64,000 bases of DNA from Octopus vulgaris (GCA_951406725.2 OX597831.1:20956001-21020000); one strand, 5' to 3'; counted from the first letter of the stretch, positions 42,722 to 55,904 are shown. Notes: generated from the letters alone by a model not told the origin. A program made the numbers and translations.

Positions 42722-43622
42722 ATATATATATAATTAATCTTATTTTTCATTGTATGATTTGCCTAATAGTGGTTTTTATCTCTAATTTAATATAATATAT
42801 ATATATATATATATATATAAATGGCGGTGCCCCAGCATGGCCACAGCTTGTGAGCTGAAACTAAATAGATAAAATAAATAAATAAATATATATATGTACA
42901 GACTGGGGGGAGGGGGTGAAGCAGAGAGCGAGGGAGAGAGAGAGAGAAAGATAGAGAGATATATATGAATGTATATGCACGTGTGAATGTATGTATGCTT
43001 ATATATAAATATACGCATAAATACATTTATGTATATCGATGTATACAGATATATGTACATATATATATATATACACCTGTAGCTATATGTGGCTATTATT
43101 TCTTTGATGTATGTGTCGACGCACATACATATGCGTCTGTGTGTGCGTTTGTGTGCTTGTATGCGTGTTTATTTGCCTGCGTGTATGTGTGCACTTATGT
43201 GTGTATGTGACTGTCTAAGACGTTGACTACGAATTTCTGTAGTAGACATCAAAGTTGTATATAGATGATCGCAAGTTCGTGTGTCTTTCAATAAAGAAAA
43301 AAATTATTTGCTGAATTTTTCCGCCCACAAGTGCAGACGAGTAGAGACACATATACATACATGTTTGCAAATACATTTATTTGCCTAACAACATATTTCT
43401 GCATATATATCTATGTATATTTGAATATTTACCCACTTACTTTTGTTCATGCGTGTACGTCTCTTCAAAGTAGAATGGAATTTGAGTGCTTGATATATAT
43501 ATATATATGCGTGTGTGTGTGTGTGTGTTATATTATGTATATACGATATAAATAAATATATATAAATATGTATGCATACATATATATATAACTATAAGCG
43601 CGTGTATATATATAATATATTT

Positions 43623-43665
<43 letters not shown>

Positions 43666-43698
43666 ACCCATATACATTCATTCATACACACACATACT

Positions 43699-43750
<52 letters not shown>

Positions 43751-44855
43751 CCTATATAATTCATTCACACATGCATCCACACACACATTCACACACACAC
43801 ACACATTCACACACACACACACACACACTCACACACATATATATCAGTTGCGACTCCACGTTATCAACGTCATAGATTTCGCATAGGTTGCGAGTCTGCT
43901 CGAAGAATTTCACGTTTTTTCCGCAAAATTTGTAGCCCCAAATATATAGCTTATTTTTTATACCTACCACTATGTCTTTCTCTATTTCTTAGTTAATGGT
44001 AAAAATAAAGCAGCCCTGCAAAACACAACTGATCTTTACACAGAGATGCTCAGAATAACAGCTATCAAATAACGACAGGTGTGTGCACAACAAACATCAG
44101 TGATCTGACTGTCGCCCGCTCTCTTGCCAAGAGTTACCAGTTAGTCTTTTACACCCAGCAGGGTCGTTTGTATTATCCCGAGTCGCTGGATAATTTTTCA
44201 TTCCTTTAAGAATATTGCAGAACGGAAAATTTTCATTGAATGGAATTCAAATCCTAATCTCTATAGAAATTGCTTGTTTCAAGAAAACATTGATTTGAAT
44301 TATTTTAAAATTTTACGATTATAGATAACAACTCGGGCTGTAACTTCTGAAACCGAGTCGGGCGCGTTCGAACAATGTCGAGAGAACGTACACTATAAAT
44401 GATATCATTTGATGATCGCCGAACGAGAATAAATGAATTGCAACCAGGTTCAATATAAAGAGCCCGAGTTATTGGCTGCAATTATATACTTGAAGTCAGT
44501 GTTGGCAGAAAATAAATCAGCTTGCAAATACACGTTCACCTTACTGAATGTGTATTCGGGCTAAACCCGAGCAACCCAAGTGACGTAGTCGCCATAAAAT
44601 GTGAAAATAATTCGAATTCAATAGTAATTTTTTGAATATTATTTATTATAATATATTTAATTTTTTCTATATGATTTAATACAGATAATATCTTACACTA
44701 TTTATTAAATTACTTAATAGAAGTTATTTTTCTTAATTATATACATATATTATATATTGTGAAATTTGATTTAGTAATGCTAAATTGAATTTTTCCTATA
44801 AGTTTGGAATTTTATATTCTCCACTATTATTAATATATATATATATATTTATATA

Positions 44856-44896
<41 letters not shown>

Positions 44897-45399
44897 TTCG
44901 TATTTGTATTAGGTTTGCAAGATTCTTCATGTGAATTCGTGTGTTGAAAGAAATACTGTTGAAGCTTCGGAGGGGCATTATACCGGTAATAATAAACACA
45001 TGCACATTTATCAAACAAAGAAGACAGTTTAACTGTCTTTGAGAGACATTTTATATGGATGAACGTCTGCACTTGCGAAGAAAACAGAGAGAAAACCAAA
45101 ACCGCTATCTTATGTATATGAAAAATATACGTGTGACTGAAGAGATTGCAACTGTTTGACCAATGTGTCTTACATATGAGTTTTAAAGACTAGTAAAAAT
45201 GGCTGATCAACAAATTGGTTAACGGAGTAACCTAACCCATTATCTAACAATAGAGGATCGAACCAGTACGTGTGTTATTATTACCGGCATAATGCCCCAT
45301 CCCAAGGTTTTCTCGACTCATCTCGATCCTCTATAATGGTTCTCAGCTCCTGTACTCCTTCCTTACCAGATATAGGTAGTTTTCCTCCTTCCTCTTTTG

Positions 45400-45695
45400 A
45401 TTCTTCCTTCTTTTGTTTGCACTAGCTTGTTAGCAATTTCATCGGTATGTCTGATGCGGTGTCCTTCTATGTTGTATAGTCCCTGGTATAAGTCGGCGTC
45501 TCTAGTATGACTCTTTCAGGAGACATTGAGCATCCTCGTATAACAACCATCCAGCTGCTTCTTCAATGCTTTAGTGAGCGTCCATGTTTCAGCCCCGTAT
45601 AGAAGAACAAACTCCACTGTTGCCAGAAACAACCTCACTTTCAATTTCCTTGCTGATTTTGAACTCAATACCTTTCTCAATATATGGCATATTCC
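45400..45695 (-). pseudogene. RTE-clade LINE reverse transcriptase C-terminal remnant
   Basis: RKLKVRLFLATVEFVLLYGAETWTLTKALKKQLDGCYTRML. Confidence 0.8.
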
Positions 45696-47082
45696 GTACG
45701 TATATGTACAATATGTACACGAAAACAAATATAGCTTTTAAACGTACATCATACTTAAGTACCCCAGGGTGAATTTTGTCTCAAATGCCAAATGTTGATT
45801 AATTAATCCTGCAAAATTAATAACAGAGTAATTAGTAAGAAATCCTTTATATTATGAGCTATATTAAACCGTAAATCAACTTCGAACAATAGAATAATTG
45901 CAGTACAGTCATCAACTGTATAATTATAATTGATTATAAAGTCGATCTCATGTTTACCCTATCTAAACAGTAATTAGTGGGGTCGATTTCACCAGGGTAA
46001 GTAATTATATGAAATGAAATGATTTGGATATCATTGTGCACGTTATGAGTTCTCTGCAATTGGAGAAGCAAATCCTGCTTTGTCTAGAAACTCTCACAAT
46101 ACATGTTCATTTGACATTAGTATGTTATGCTGTATTGTTAGCCTAAATATACTGGATACACTTCATATTAAATTCAGCACTAACGCAGCTGGTGCTTGAG
46201 ACATATTTTGACATTCAACATCTGATATATTTTAATTTAGAAAGCAACATCGTTTGATAAACCTCATATAACCATATATATTCATATCAAACATATTAAC
46301 AACTTGATTAATGATATTAGTAGAATTTTTAATCTATCATCATGTAGAAAAAGTGTTGGTGATGGCGCTCTCTAGTTGCACTAGAGTACTTTAAAAGAGT
46401 AGATGCTCATATAAGAATCCCATATAGAGCTAAAAATCCGCCAATCCAAAATTATCTGGATTAAACACTTTCCATAACATTTAAATTTAGTATAACTAAA
46501 ATCTAACTGCTGTAATAAACAATCTCAACGTGACAACGCATGTGCAGATTAATGATATCTTGAGACTGAAATTCTTTCTCGAGACACGAGTTTCAAGAAA
46601 ACGCGATCATCAGATGTGAAGAGCGTCGTTTCATATCTGCGTTTATATTCAACGGTCTGGGATAATTCATTTCATTATGCGTTTTCACTACATTAGTTGT
46701 TTTTTTATAATCAACCTGAGTATAATTATCTTTTAATATTTTGTTTCACTCTTTTTCGTAGTTCAGGTCATGTTCTCATCTCTACACTGGTTATTTATGT
46801 TTTAGCTAATAGTTTTCATTTTATGTGTTGTGTATGCGTATTCATTGATAATTTTGTATTTTGCTAGTATATTTTTATGAAAATCTTTAGAGCGTATCTC
46901 TTGTTTGTCAAGATAAAAAGGCTTTTAGATATGGCTCATTACTCATATTGTATTTATGAATAAGAGTAAAATAACACACATACACACACATATATGGCTT
47001 GATATAAGTAAACCTGTGTATGTATGTAAGTACGTATATTTGTATGTATGTATGCATGTACATATGTATGTGATTCAGACAT

Positions 47083-47149
<67 letters not shown>

Positions 47150-47184
47150 TAAATAGTAGATGGCATACGAGTGGGTATATCTTT

Positions 47185-47455
47185 ATATAAAAAAAGTTTG
47201 AAAACGCAACTATATATGATAAATTTTAATTTTCTTAGAGATTTTACATGTTTCGGTTTTTCAAAACACCACCACGTTGACTCTGTTGAGACTGGCAAGA
47301 AACAAATGTTAACTTTTTTTACTTAATTATTACACTTAACTTTTAAAAATATTTTTGATAAGGTTCGTTTTTACAAGAAGAACCGAAACATGTAAAATAT
47401 CTAAGAAAATAAAAATTCATCTTATATAGCGGCGTTTTCAAACTTCTTCTATATA
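47185..47455. mobile_element. Inverted repeat (~75-bp arms) with a degenerate type I hammerhead motif at 47349-47400
   Basis: Arms aaaagtttgaaaacgc...ttacatgtttcggtt / aaccgaaacatgtaa...gcgttttcaaactt. Motif: atattt TTGATAA ggttc..gaacc GAAA catg TA aaatat. (TA)n nearby on both sides. Confidence 0.7.
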
Positions 47456-47615
47456 TATATATATATATATAGTACGTTTATATATTTGTTGTGCAAGATT
47501 TTTTATGTGAAGTCGTGTGTTGAAACAGATATTGTTATATTTCGGAATGGTCATTTTGCTAGTTTAGCCAATAAAAACACACGCACTATATATTTGGTGT
47601 TATTTTGCTTCAGTG

Positions 47616-47663
<48 letters not shown>

Positions 47664-48486
47664 ATGTGTGTGTGTGTGTGTGTGTGTATAATGTATCTCT
47701 CTCTCTCTCTATATATATATATTACTGTTCCCTTTAAAAAGAAAAGGGAAAGACAACCATCGATGGAGCATCCAGGACATAGAACAGAGAAAACATCAGT
47801 ACTGAAATCATAATAACGTACATTCCCGAAAAATAAAAAATTATACGAATTTATTTCTTAAGTAGAATATTCATTAAATCAGAAATTGGACACATCATTA
47901 CAGCAACGATAAAGTATTAATTTGAATTCATAATACGACATTACGTATAACATATTTTTCATGCATGTAAAATATTCGATCTTGCTGCGTAAATTAATTT
48001 CACAGTTGAGGTTTATATAAATATTTTCGAAGCCATACATTTCTGTAATATATTTTCTGATATTTTATATTTTATATCTTTTCCTTGTTTACTCATTTCA
48101 ATACATGCATGCTGGGGCATCTCGTAGTGTTAGTGGAACAGCTCCAAGACTTATTCTAAAGTTTGGTAATTATTATATATGTCTCTTTTGCCAAACCGTT
48201 AGTTAATAGGGACGCACACATACTAACAACTGTTGTAAAGCAGAGGAGGAGACAAACACACGCACACACACACACACACACACACGTACACTCACTCACA
48301 CACACACACATACACACAGACACATACACACATATACACACATATACACACACATAGACACACACACGCACATATACAAACACAGTCACACACAGATACA
48401 CACACAGACACCCCCACACAGGCACACACACACACATATATATATCGGGTGCATTCGTCCAGTTCCTATATTTCAGTCCTCATCTA

Positions 48487-48719
48487 CTTATTTGTTTATT
48501 GCTCACAAGGGGCTAAACACAGAGGGGACAAACAAGGATAGACAAACGGATTAAGTCGATTACATCGACCCCAGTGCGTAACTGGTACTTAATTTATCGA
48601 CCCTGAAAGGATGAAAGGCAAAGTCGACCTTGGCGGAATTTGAACTCAGAACGTAAGGGCAGCCGAAACACCGCTAAGCATTTCGCCCAGTGTGCTAGCG
48701 ATTCTACCAGCTCACCGCC
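48487..48719 (-). mobile_element. SINE family B, tail type 1
   Basis: Consensus match. Confidence 0.9.
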
Positions 48720-49259
48720 ACTTTCTTCTACTTGTCTAACTTGTATTCTGCCTTATGCTGCTTTTTTAATAAAACTGTAACTATCAGAATCATGACTGAA
48801 TATAAAACCTGAATATAAAATCTGAATATAAAATCTTTATGAAATATACTCATCGAAAGGTTGTATTTGGAAAACTAGAAACTAGCGGAAGAACTAAGCT
48901 AAGAGCATTAGATTCCTTGGAAGAAAGCATGGAATGTGTACGAAAACAAGAACTGAAAAAACAAAGACATGTTACACAAACACAAATGCAATTATCAGGA
49001 CATAACAACAGGTGTCTTTCGACTGAGGATGAATTAAATTAAGTTGGCGTGTGTGGAAGTAAAGCCTTACAGCCGAGTCAAAAGGTTTAACAGGCACAGG
49101 GGCGAATACAGATGTTGCACGGATGGTAGTCGAACCAAGAATGAAAGGTCACACCTGGCCGAACACCGGTCACACGGGGAAAGAAGAGAGAGAGGTAGGG
49201 CTACTTGTCCGGCTGTTTAGCGTTCTTGTCCCATTTTGTATTTTATTATATATACATAC

Positions 49260-49290
<31 letters not shown>

Positions 49291-49393
49291 TTCTATACAC
49301 ATATAAATCAAAGGTAAAAATCACAAAGAAGAAACGTCAAAACATAACAAACAGGAAAGGGATGGTAGCACAACAGCAAACAGGACAAACAAG

Positions 49394-49466
<73 letters not shown>

Positions 49467-49577
49467 TACGTATATACATATGCATTATAATATATATATA
49501 TATTGGTAAATGCGGTAAGATAACAAAAGAAAGAAAGAGACCTCAATATTATGTAAATAGAGGAAATTTATCTATAA

Positions 49578-49794
49578 AATAAAATGTTACAATTACTCAA
49601 TAGTCAAGATAAAACTCTGAGTTTCAGATGCCGAAGTGGAAATCCACAACACCATCTCTTCAGTTATCTGGCCATCTGAAAAAACGCTTTTTTCAGTTGG
49701 CCAGATAACCGAAGAGATGGTGTTGTGGATTTCCACTTCGGCATCTGAAACTCAGAGTTTTATCTTGACTATTGAGTAATTGTAACATTTTATT
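49578..49794. mobile_element. Near-perfect palindrome (107-bp arms, 3-nt loop) with a hammerhead motif in each arm
   Basis: Symmetric about 49686 with two mismatches seen. Minus-strand motif 49608-49668 has CTGAAGA; plus-strand motif 49704-49764 has CCGAAGA. Homologous to 22880-22970. Confidence 0.85.
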
Positions 49795-49826
49795 ATATAT
49801 ATATATATATATATTTTTTTTTTTTG

Positions 49827-50200
49827 TACTTGTTTCAGTCATTTGACTGCGGCCATGCTGGAGCACCGCCTTTAGAGTGGTGAAAGAGTACAGCAGGGAT
49901 CACCACCACCCCTTGCCGGAGCCTCGTGGAGCTTTTAGGTGTTTTCGCTCAATAAACACACACAACGCCCGGTCTGGGAATCGAAACCGCGATCCTCCGA
50001 CCGCAAGTCCGCTGCCCTAACCACTTGGCCATTGCGCCTCCAGTGATACTGGCTTCTTTCAGCTTCCGTCTTCCAAATCAACTCACAAGGCTTTGGTCGG
50101 CCCGAAGGGTATATTAGAAGACATTTTCCCAAGATACTACGCAGTGGGACTGAAACAGGAACCATGCGGTTGGAAATCAACCTGCTTCCTACACAGCCAC
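49827..50200 (-). mobile_element. Chimeric SINE: A head (50050-50200) + C head (49873-50041) + extreme A tail (49827-49872)
   Basis: Block-wise matches to families A and C in the same orientation. Confidence 0.8.
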
Positions 50201-50499
50201 ATTGTGAGTGTTTTTCCTATAGTCAGATAAAGCTGCAAAGATTTTAGATAGTTTCTCTCCCTAACAATAGATTCTTTGGTGCACTTCAATAATAATTACT
50301 GTTTTCTAATGTATTGATGTATTTAGCTGCTTATTCTATGGCGTTTGCAGTATTAGCTGCAGTAATTGCAGCCACAGAAGAATTGCTGACGGTAGCAGTA
50401 GTGGTATTTGTAGTTGTGTCATTGTTATAGTTGTCATCATCAGCGTCACCATCGTCATCATCGACATCGTCATCATCGTCATCTTTGTCATCGTCGTCA

Positions 50500-50563
<64 letters not shown>

Positions 50564-50604
50564 ATTTTTCTTCTTCCTCATAATTGATATTATAATCATC
50601 ACCC

Positions 50605-50642
<38 letters not shown>

Positions 50643-50733
50643 TTTTATTATTATTATTGTTATTATTATTATTATTACTATTATTATTATTATTATTATT
50701 TTTTATTATTATTGTTATTATTATTATTATTAC

Positions 50734-50813
<80 letters not shown>

Positions 50814-50900
50814 TTATTGTTATTATTATTATTATTACTATTATTATTATTATTACTATTATTATTATTATCATTATCATTATTATTATTATTATCATTA
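50605..50900. repeat. (TTA)n microsatellite
   Basis: Direct inspection. Confidence 0.95.
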
Positions 50901-51009
50901 CTATTGATTACACATACAATACCAAAAATAAAAAACGATAGCAAATCAAAGACAGAACGAATAAAAAATTCATCAATTACTTTGTTTTCATTTAAACATA
51001 CACACGCGT

Positions 51010-51085
<76 letters not shown>

Positions 51086-51233
51086 ACACAAAAATTTACA
51101 TGCATGTACCTATATACACAGATATGCTTTATATATATACATACACATATATGTCTTTATATACATATATACATATACATATACATGTATATATATATAT
51201 GCATTTTTATATATATATATACATACATGCTTG

Positions 51234-51264
<31 letters not shown>

Positions 51265-51970
51265 GTATATATAAGCATGTGTATATATATATACATATAT
51301 ATATTCCTTTATATCATTATATTTATATGCATATATGTATATGTATGCATATATGGCTATAACATCACATTAAAAAAAAAAAGACACTTTAATGGCTTCG
51401 TTCGTTGATTGCTAATGTTAATCAATAGAGTGTGAATTTTTATCAATCCTAACATTCGAAATATAAATGAAGTGCTTGCTGGCTTTAGTTTCAAATTTCA
51501 ATGGTAAAATCCCGTTGAATTGTTTGACATGTTGCTTTAGAAGTTGTTGAAGTCACATAACAGGCCAGCTGTATAGCAGCGAGGGAATTATGGGTATTGT
51601 TCTCTGTTGCGCTTACTTGCTTTCTTTTTATTTATTTCAATAGAATTGTGACATTTTAACATGTATGCTTGTGTAGGTGTCCCTCTCTCTCTCTCCCCCT
51701 TTCCTTCTCAGTCTCTGTGCCTGCATACATATTCATAAACATACATACATACACACATACATACATGCATACATACATACATACATACATACATAAATAC
51801 GTGCATACATACATTCATATATATATATATATATATATACATCGATATATATGAGTGTGCGTATTTATATATATGTATATATATAAACACAAGTGTGCAT
51901 GTGTGTGTCTGTGTGTGTACTTGTGTGTCTAGGTGTGTATATATATATATTATATTTATTTATTTATATG

Positions 51971-52008
<38 letters not shown>

Positions 52009-52091
52009 ATGTATATATATATATATTTATATTTTGTGCGTGTACTTGTGTATCTAGGTGTGTATATGTATATATTATATTTATTTATATG

Positions 52092-52145
<54 letters not shown>

Positions 52146-52420
52146 ATGTATATATATATATTTATATTTTTATACTTTTCGATATTCTTATTGTTAAAAT
52201 TTAGGACTTTAGGACTATATTCAGCAGAATTTGAAGTGTTTTGTAACAACAAATTTGCTTGAATAAGGGGAAATTCATTGCATGTATGTATGTATGTATG
52301 TTGTGTATGTATGTATGTATGTATGTATGTATGTATGTATGTATGTATGTATGTATTATGTATATGTATATATATATATATACATATATATGTATGTAGA
52401 TGTATGCATGTATGTATTTA

Positions 52421-52492
<72 letters not shown>

Positions 52493-53407
52493 CATATATT
52501 TATACACATATATACATACACATACACACACACATACAGCGCTATGCTCGGAGATAATCATCTTTGCCAACAAAACACACGCACTGATTATTTGTTCTTC
52601 TCTTTTGTTTTATCATTATCCTTATATTCTATTTGCATGTCCAAGTTCTTTAATCGCACTTTCTGTCGTCTCTTCAATGCCATTCTCTTCCATGTTTCGT
52701 CCTCTTGTCCTGCCTATTCCATTTTGATACATACACATACACAGACACACACACACATATTTATATACAACCATATACGTATATGTATGCATGTATACAT
52801 ACACATACGTCTATCCATCCATACAAACACACACGTATTTCTTAAGCATCCGTCTATCCTGAAAGACTGAATCTGACGCCTACAAGTCTGAAATGAAGCA
52901 CGACGTCATAACTTCAAACATATATCACAATAAAAGCATGCTTTGTTGTTGATGTTGTTGTTGGTGTTGCCGCTTTTCCTGCTCTTGTTGATTTTGTCTT
53001 TTGTTATCAACATACATGTATTATTTTTTTTGTAATTAAAATTTTCAGAACTTTTCAAACATAATTATTTTGTTTTATAGAAGTAAAATAATAAATGATG
53101 AAGGCGGAAGGCGTCTAACAATGCGAAAAATGGAAGTCAAATAACCTTTGTATATTTCAGACACAGAGGCCAATCAGTTAATATAATGTATTTGATGTTA
53201 TTACGTCGTGGCCTAGAATACAAGTTTATAATGTTTCTGCCATGGTGATTGTCATAAAAATGCGCTTTTAGCGTGGAATGGCACATCCCTTTTTGTTTCT
53301 TCTACTTCTTGAAAATTTTAAATTGTGAAAAATTATATAATTTGCACAAAATTAGCAAGAGTTATAAATTTTGGATGAAATTCGTTTTCTGTATGAATTT
53401 ATTAATG

Positions 53408-53555
53408 TTTCTTTCAGTTTCCGTCTACCAAATTCACTCACAAGGCTTTGGTCGGCCCGAGGCTTTAGTAAAAGACACTTGCCTAAGGTGCTACGCAGTG
53501 GGATTGAACCCGGAACCACGTGGTTGGTAAGCAAGCTACTTACCACATAGCCACA
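53408..53555 (-). mobile_element. SINE family A, head monomer only
   Basis: Reverse-complement match to the head. Confidence 0.85.
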
Positions 53556-53652
<97 letters not shown>

Positions 53653-53832
53653 ATTAGGGCTTAGTAAAATAAATTACTTTGCCACATACTGAACTTAGTA
53701 GAAATTGCAGCCAAAATAATTTTCTTAGCATTTCTACTACTTAAAGAAAATTTCTCTCAGATAATGTTTACTCCAGACAGCTCACGAAGGTTTGGAAGTA
53801 AATACAGAAAAATATCACAAGTACATAGATCG

Positions 53833-53895
53833 TTTGAGTACGTCAACGTTTCAAGATTAGCCAAATAAAATCAGCATTTCTTTCGTCAGCTCAAA
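53833..53895 (-). ncRNA. Type I hammerhead ribozyme motif, copy 1
   Basis: Minus strand: tttgag CTGACGA aaga aatgctgattttatttggctaa tctt GAAA cgt-tg-acg TA ctcaaa. 6-bp stem I, GUA cleavage triplet. Confidence 0.75.
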
Positions 53896-54397
53896 ATTTC
53901 TTAATTTGGATTTGGAAACACTAAAAAGAAGGAACTTTACTTATCAGCGAACTTGTCGCTTCAGATGAACCACTCCAACTAACAGTGTCAACAAATTCAA
54001 AATGCGCAGGCGTAAATCTCTGCACTCCCCATTCCACCCACATGGTCTATCTAGCAAACATTATATTTTAACCGCGAGAACCGAGGCAGTATGACCGAGA
54101 GAAATGAATTATAATATCAACAATTGAGGGTAAAATTAATTAATTAATCAATTTCACCAAGTGTTCAGTATGTAAAAGGACCATTTAAGGCGAATTCAAA
54201 ATATTACATTATATAATTAGGGCTTAGTAAAATAAATTACTTTGCCACATACTGAACTTAGTAGAAATAGCAGCCAAAAAAAAATTTTCTTAGCATTTCT
54301 ACTACTTAAAGAAAATTTCTCTCAGATAATGTTTACTCCAGACAGCTCACGAAGGTTTGGAAGTAAATACAGAAAAATATCACAAGTACATAGATCG

Positions 54398-54460
54398 TTT
54401 GAGTACGTCAACGTTTCAAGATTAGCCAAATAAAATCAGCATTTCTTTCGTCAGCTCAAA
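54398..54460 (-). ncRNA. Type I hammerhead ribozyme motif, copy 2
   Basis: Identical to 53833-53895, 565 nt away. Confidence 0.75.
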
Positions 54461-54671
54461 ATTTCTTAATTTGGATTTGGAAACACTAAAAAGAAGGAAC
54501 TTTACCTATCAGCGAACTTGTCGCTTCAGATGAACCACTCCAACTAACAGTGTCAACAAATTCAAAATGCGCAGGCGTAAATCTCTGCACTCCCCATTCC
54601 ACCCACGTGGTCTATCTAGCAAACATTATATTTTAACCGCGCTAATCTTGAAACGTTTTACCCTCAATTGT

Positions 54672-54717
<46 letters not shown>

Positions 54718-55352
54718 TCGACGAGCTTCTTTCAGTTTTCTTCTACCAAATACACTCCCTAAGCTTTGGCCGGCCCGAAGATGCCACGCGGTGGGACTGC
54801 ACCAAATCTGAGCTTCTTACCACACAGTCACTCCTGATAATACTTATTAAACGTTACTCCTTTATAGGTGATATTACGGGGAGAGAGGAAGAGAGAGAAA
54901 GATGGGAGAAAGATGCGGAGACAGGGAATGAGAGACATATAAACGGAAAGTAAGAGACAGAGAAAAAGAGAAAGTGTGCGAGAAAGAGAGAGAGAGAGCT
55001 ACATCAACGCTAGATTGGTCCGCACACTAGCTTGACAAGAAGAACAACATGCAGATCGATGCGGGAAGTGGACCCGCAGTCTTGCGCTCAAGATCAGTGG
55101 CTTTGTGTGTGGATGGTTATAGGAATGCAGCACAAGTATTACCCAATATATTGGGCATAAGTCTGGAGACATATCGATTGCTTGTTTACTTTATCCATCA
55201 GCGATCAGAATAATACATGAAAATATACTTACATCTCAATCTAAACAATACCACAAATGAATAAAAGTATTTTGACATTTCACGTAGGCGTACTTGCAGG
55301 GAATTTTGATTAATAGCTAACATAATGATGATGATAAAAAAAAAATTAAAAT

Positions 55353-55388
<36 letters not shown>

Positions 55389-55647
55389 GGTAATTATAAT
55401 AATGATAACGATAATTTAATATAAATCAAGTATGAGGATAAAAATTTGCTGACGGAGGCATAGATAAGCCATCATATTAATAGGCACGCACATATGCATA
55501 TACATACATATATAGACACACACACATAAATATACACATATATATATATGTATGTATATATATATATATATGTATGTATGTATGTATTTATATATATATA
55601 TATATATATACATACATACAAACACGCACACACACACACACACACAC

Positions 55648-55688
<41 letters not shown>

Positions 55689-55828
55689 CTAGACAAATAG
55701 TTGTTTACAAGATTAGGAAAGAATTTACGTGACGCAGAAAATAGAATGATACAATCAATTATGTATATATATATATTAATATATATTAATATGCACATTT
55801 GTAAATAAATACACGAATAAGCTGTACG

Positions 55829-55904
<76 letters not shown>

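Larger units (their letters stand above)
53645..54676 (-). mobile_element. Non-coding tandem-repeat retroelement (retrozyme / Penelope pLTR-like) with two hammerhead motifs, inserted in (TA)n
   Basis: 53645-54076 is repeated almost identically at 54208-54641. There are (TA)n flanks on both sides and short inverted fragments at 54641-54676. Confidence 0.8.

Noticed and set aside
46580-46615. Minus-strand CTGATGA...GAAA ctcgtg TC
   Set aside because: Stems I and II do not pair, so the evidence is insufficient.
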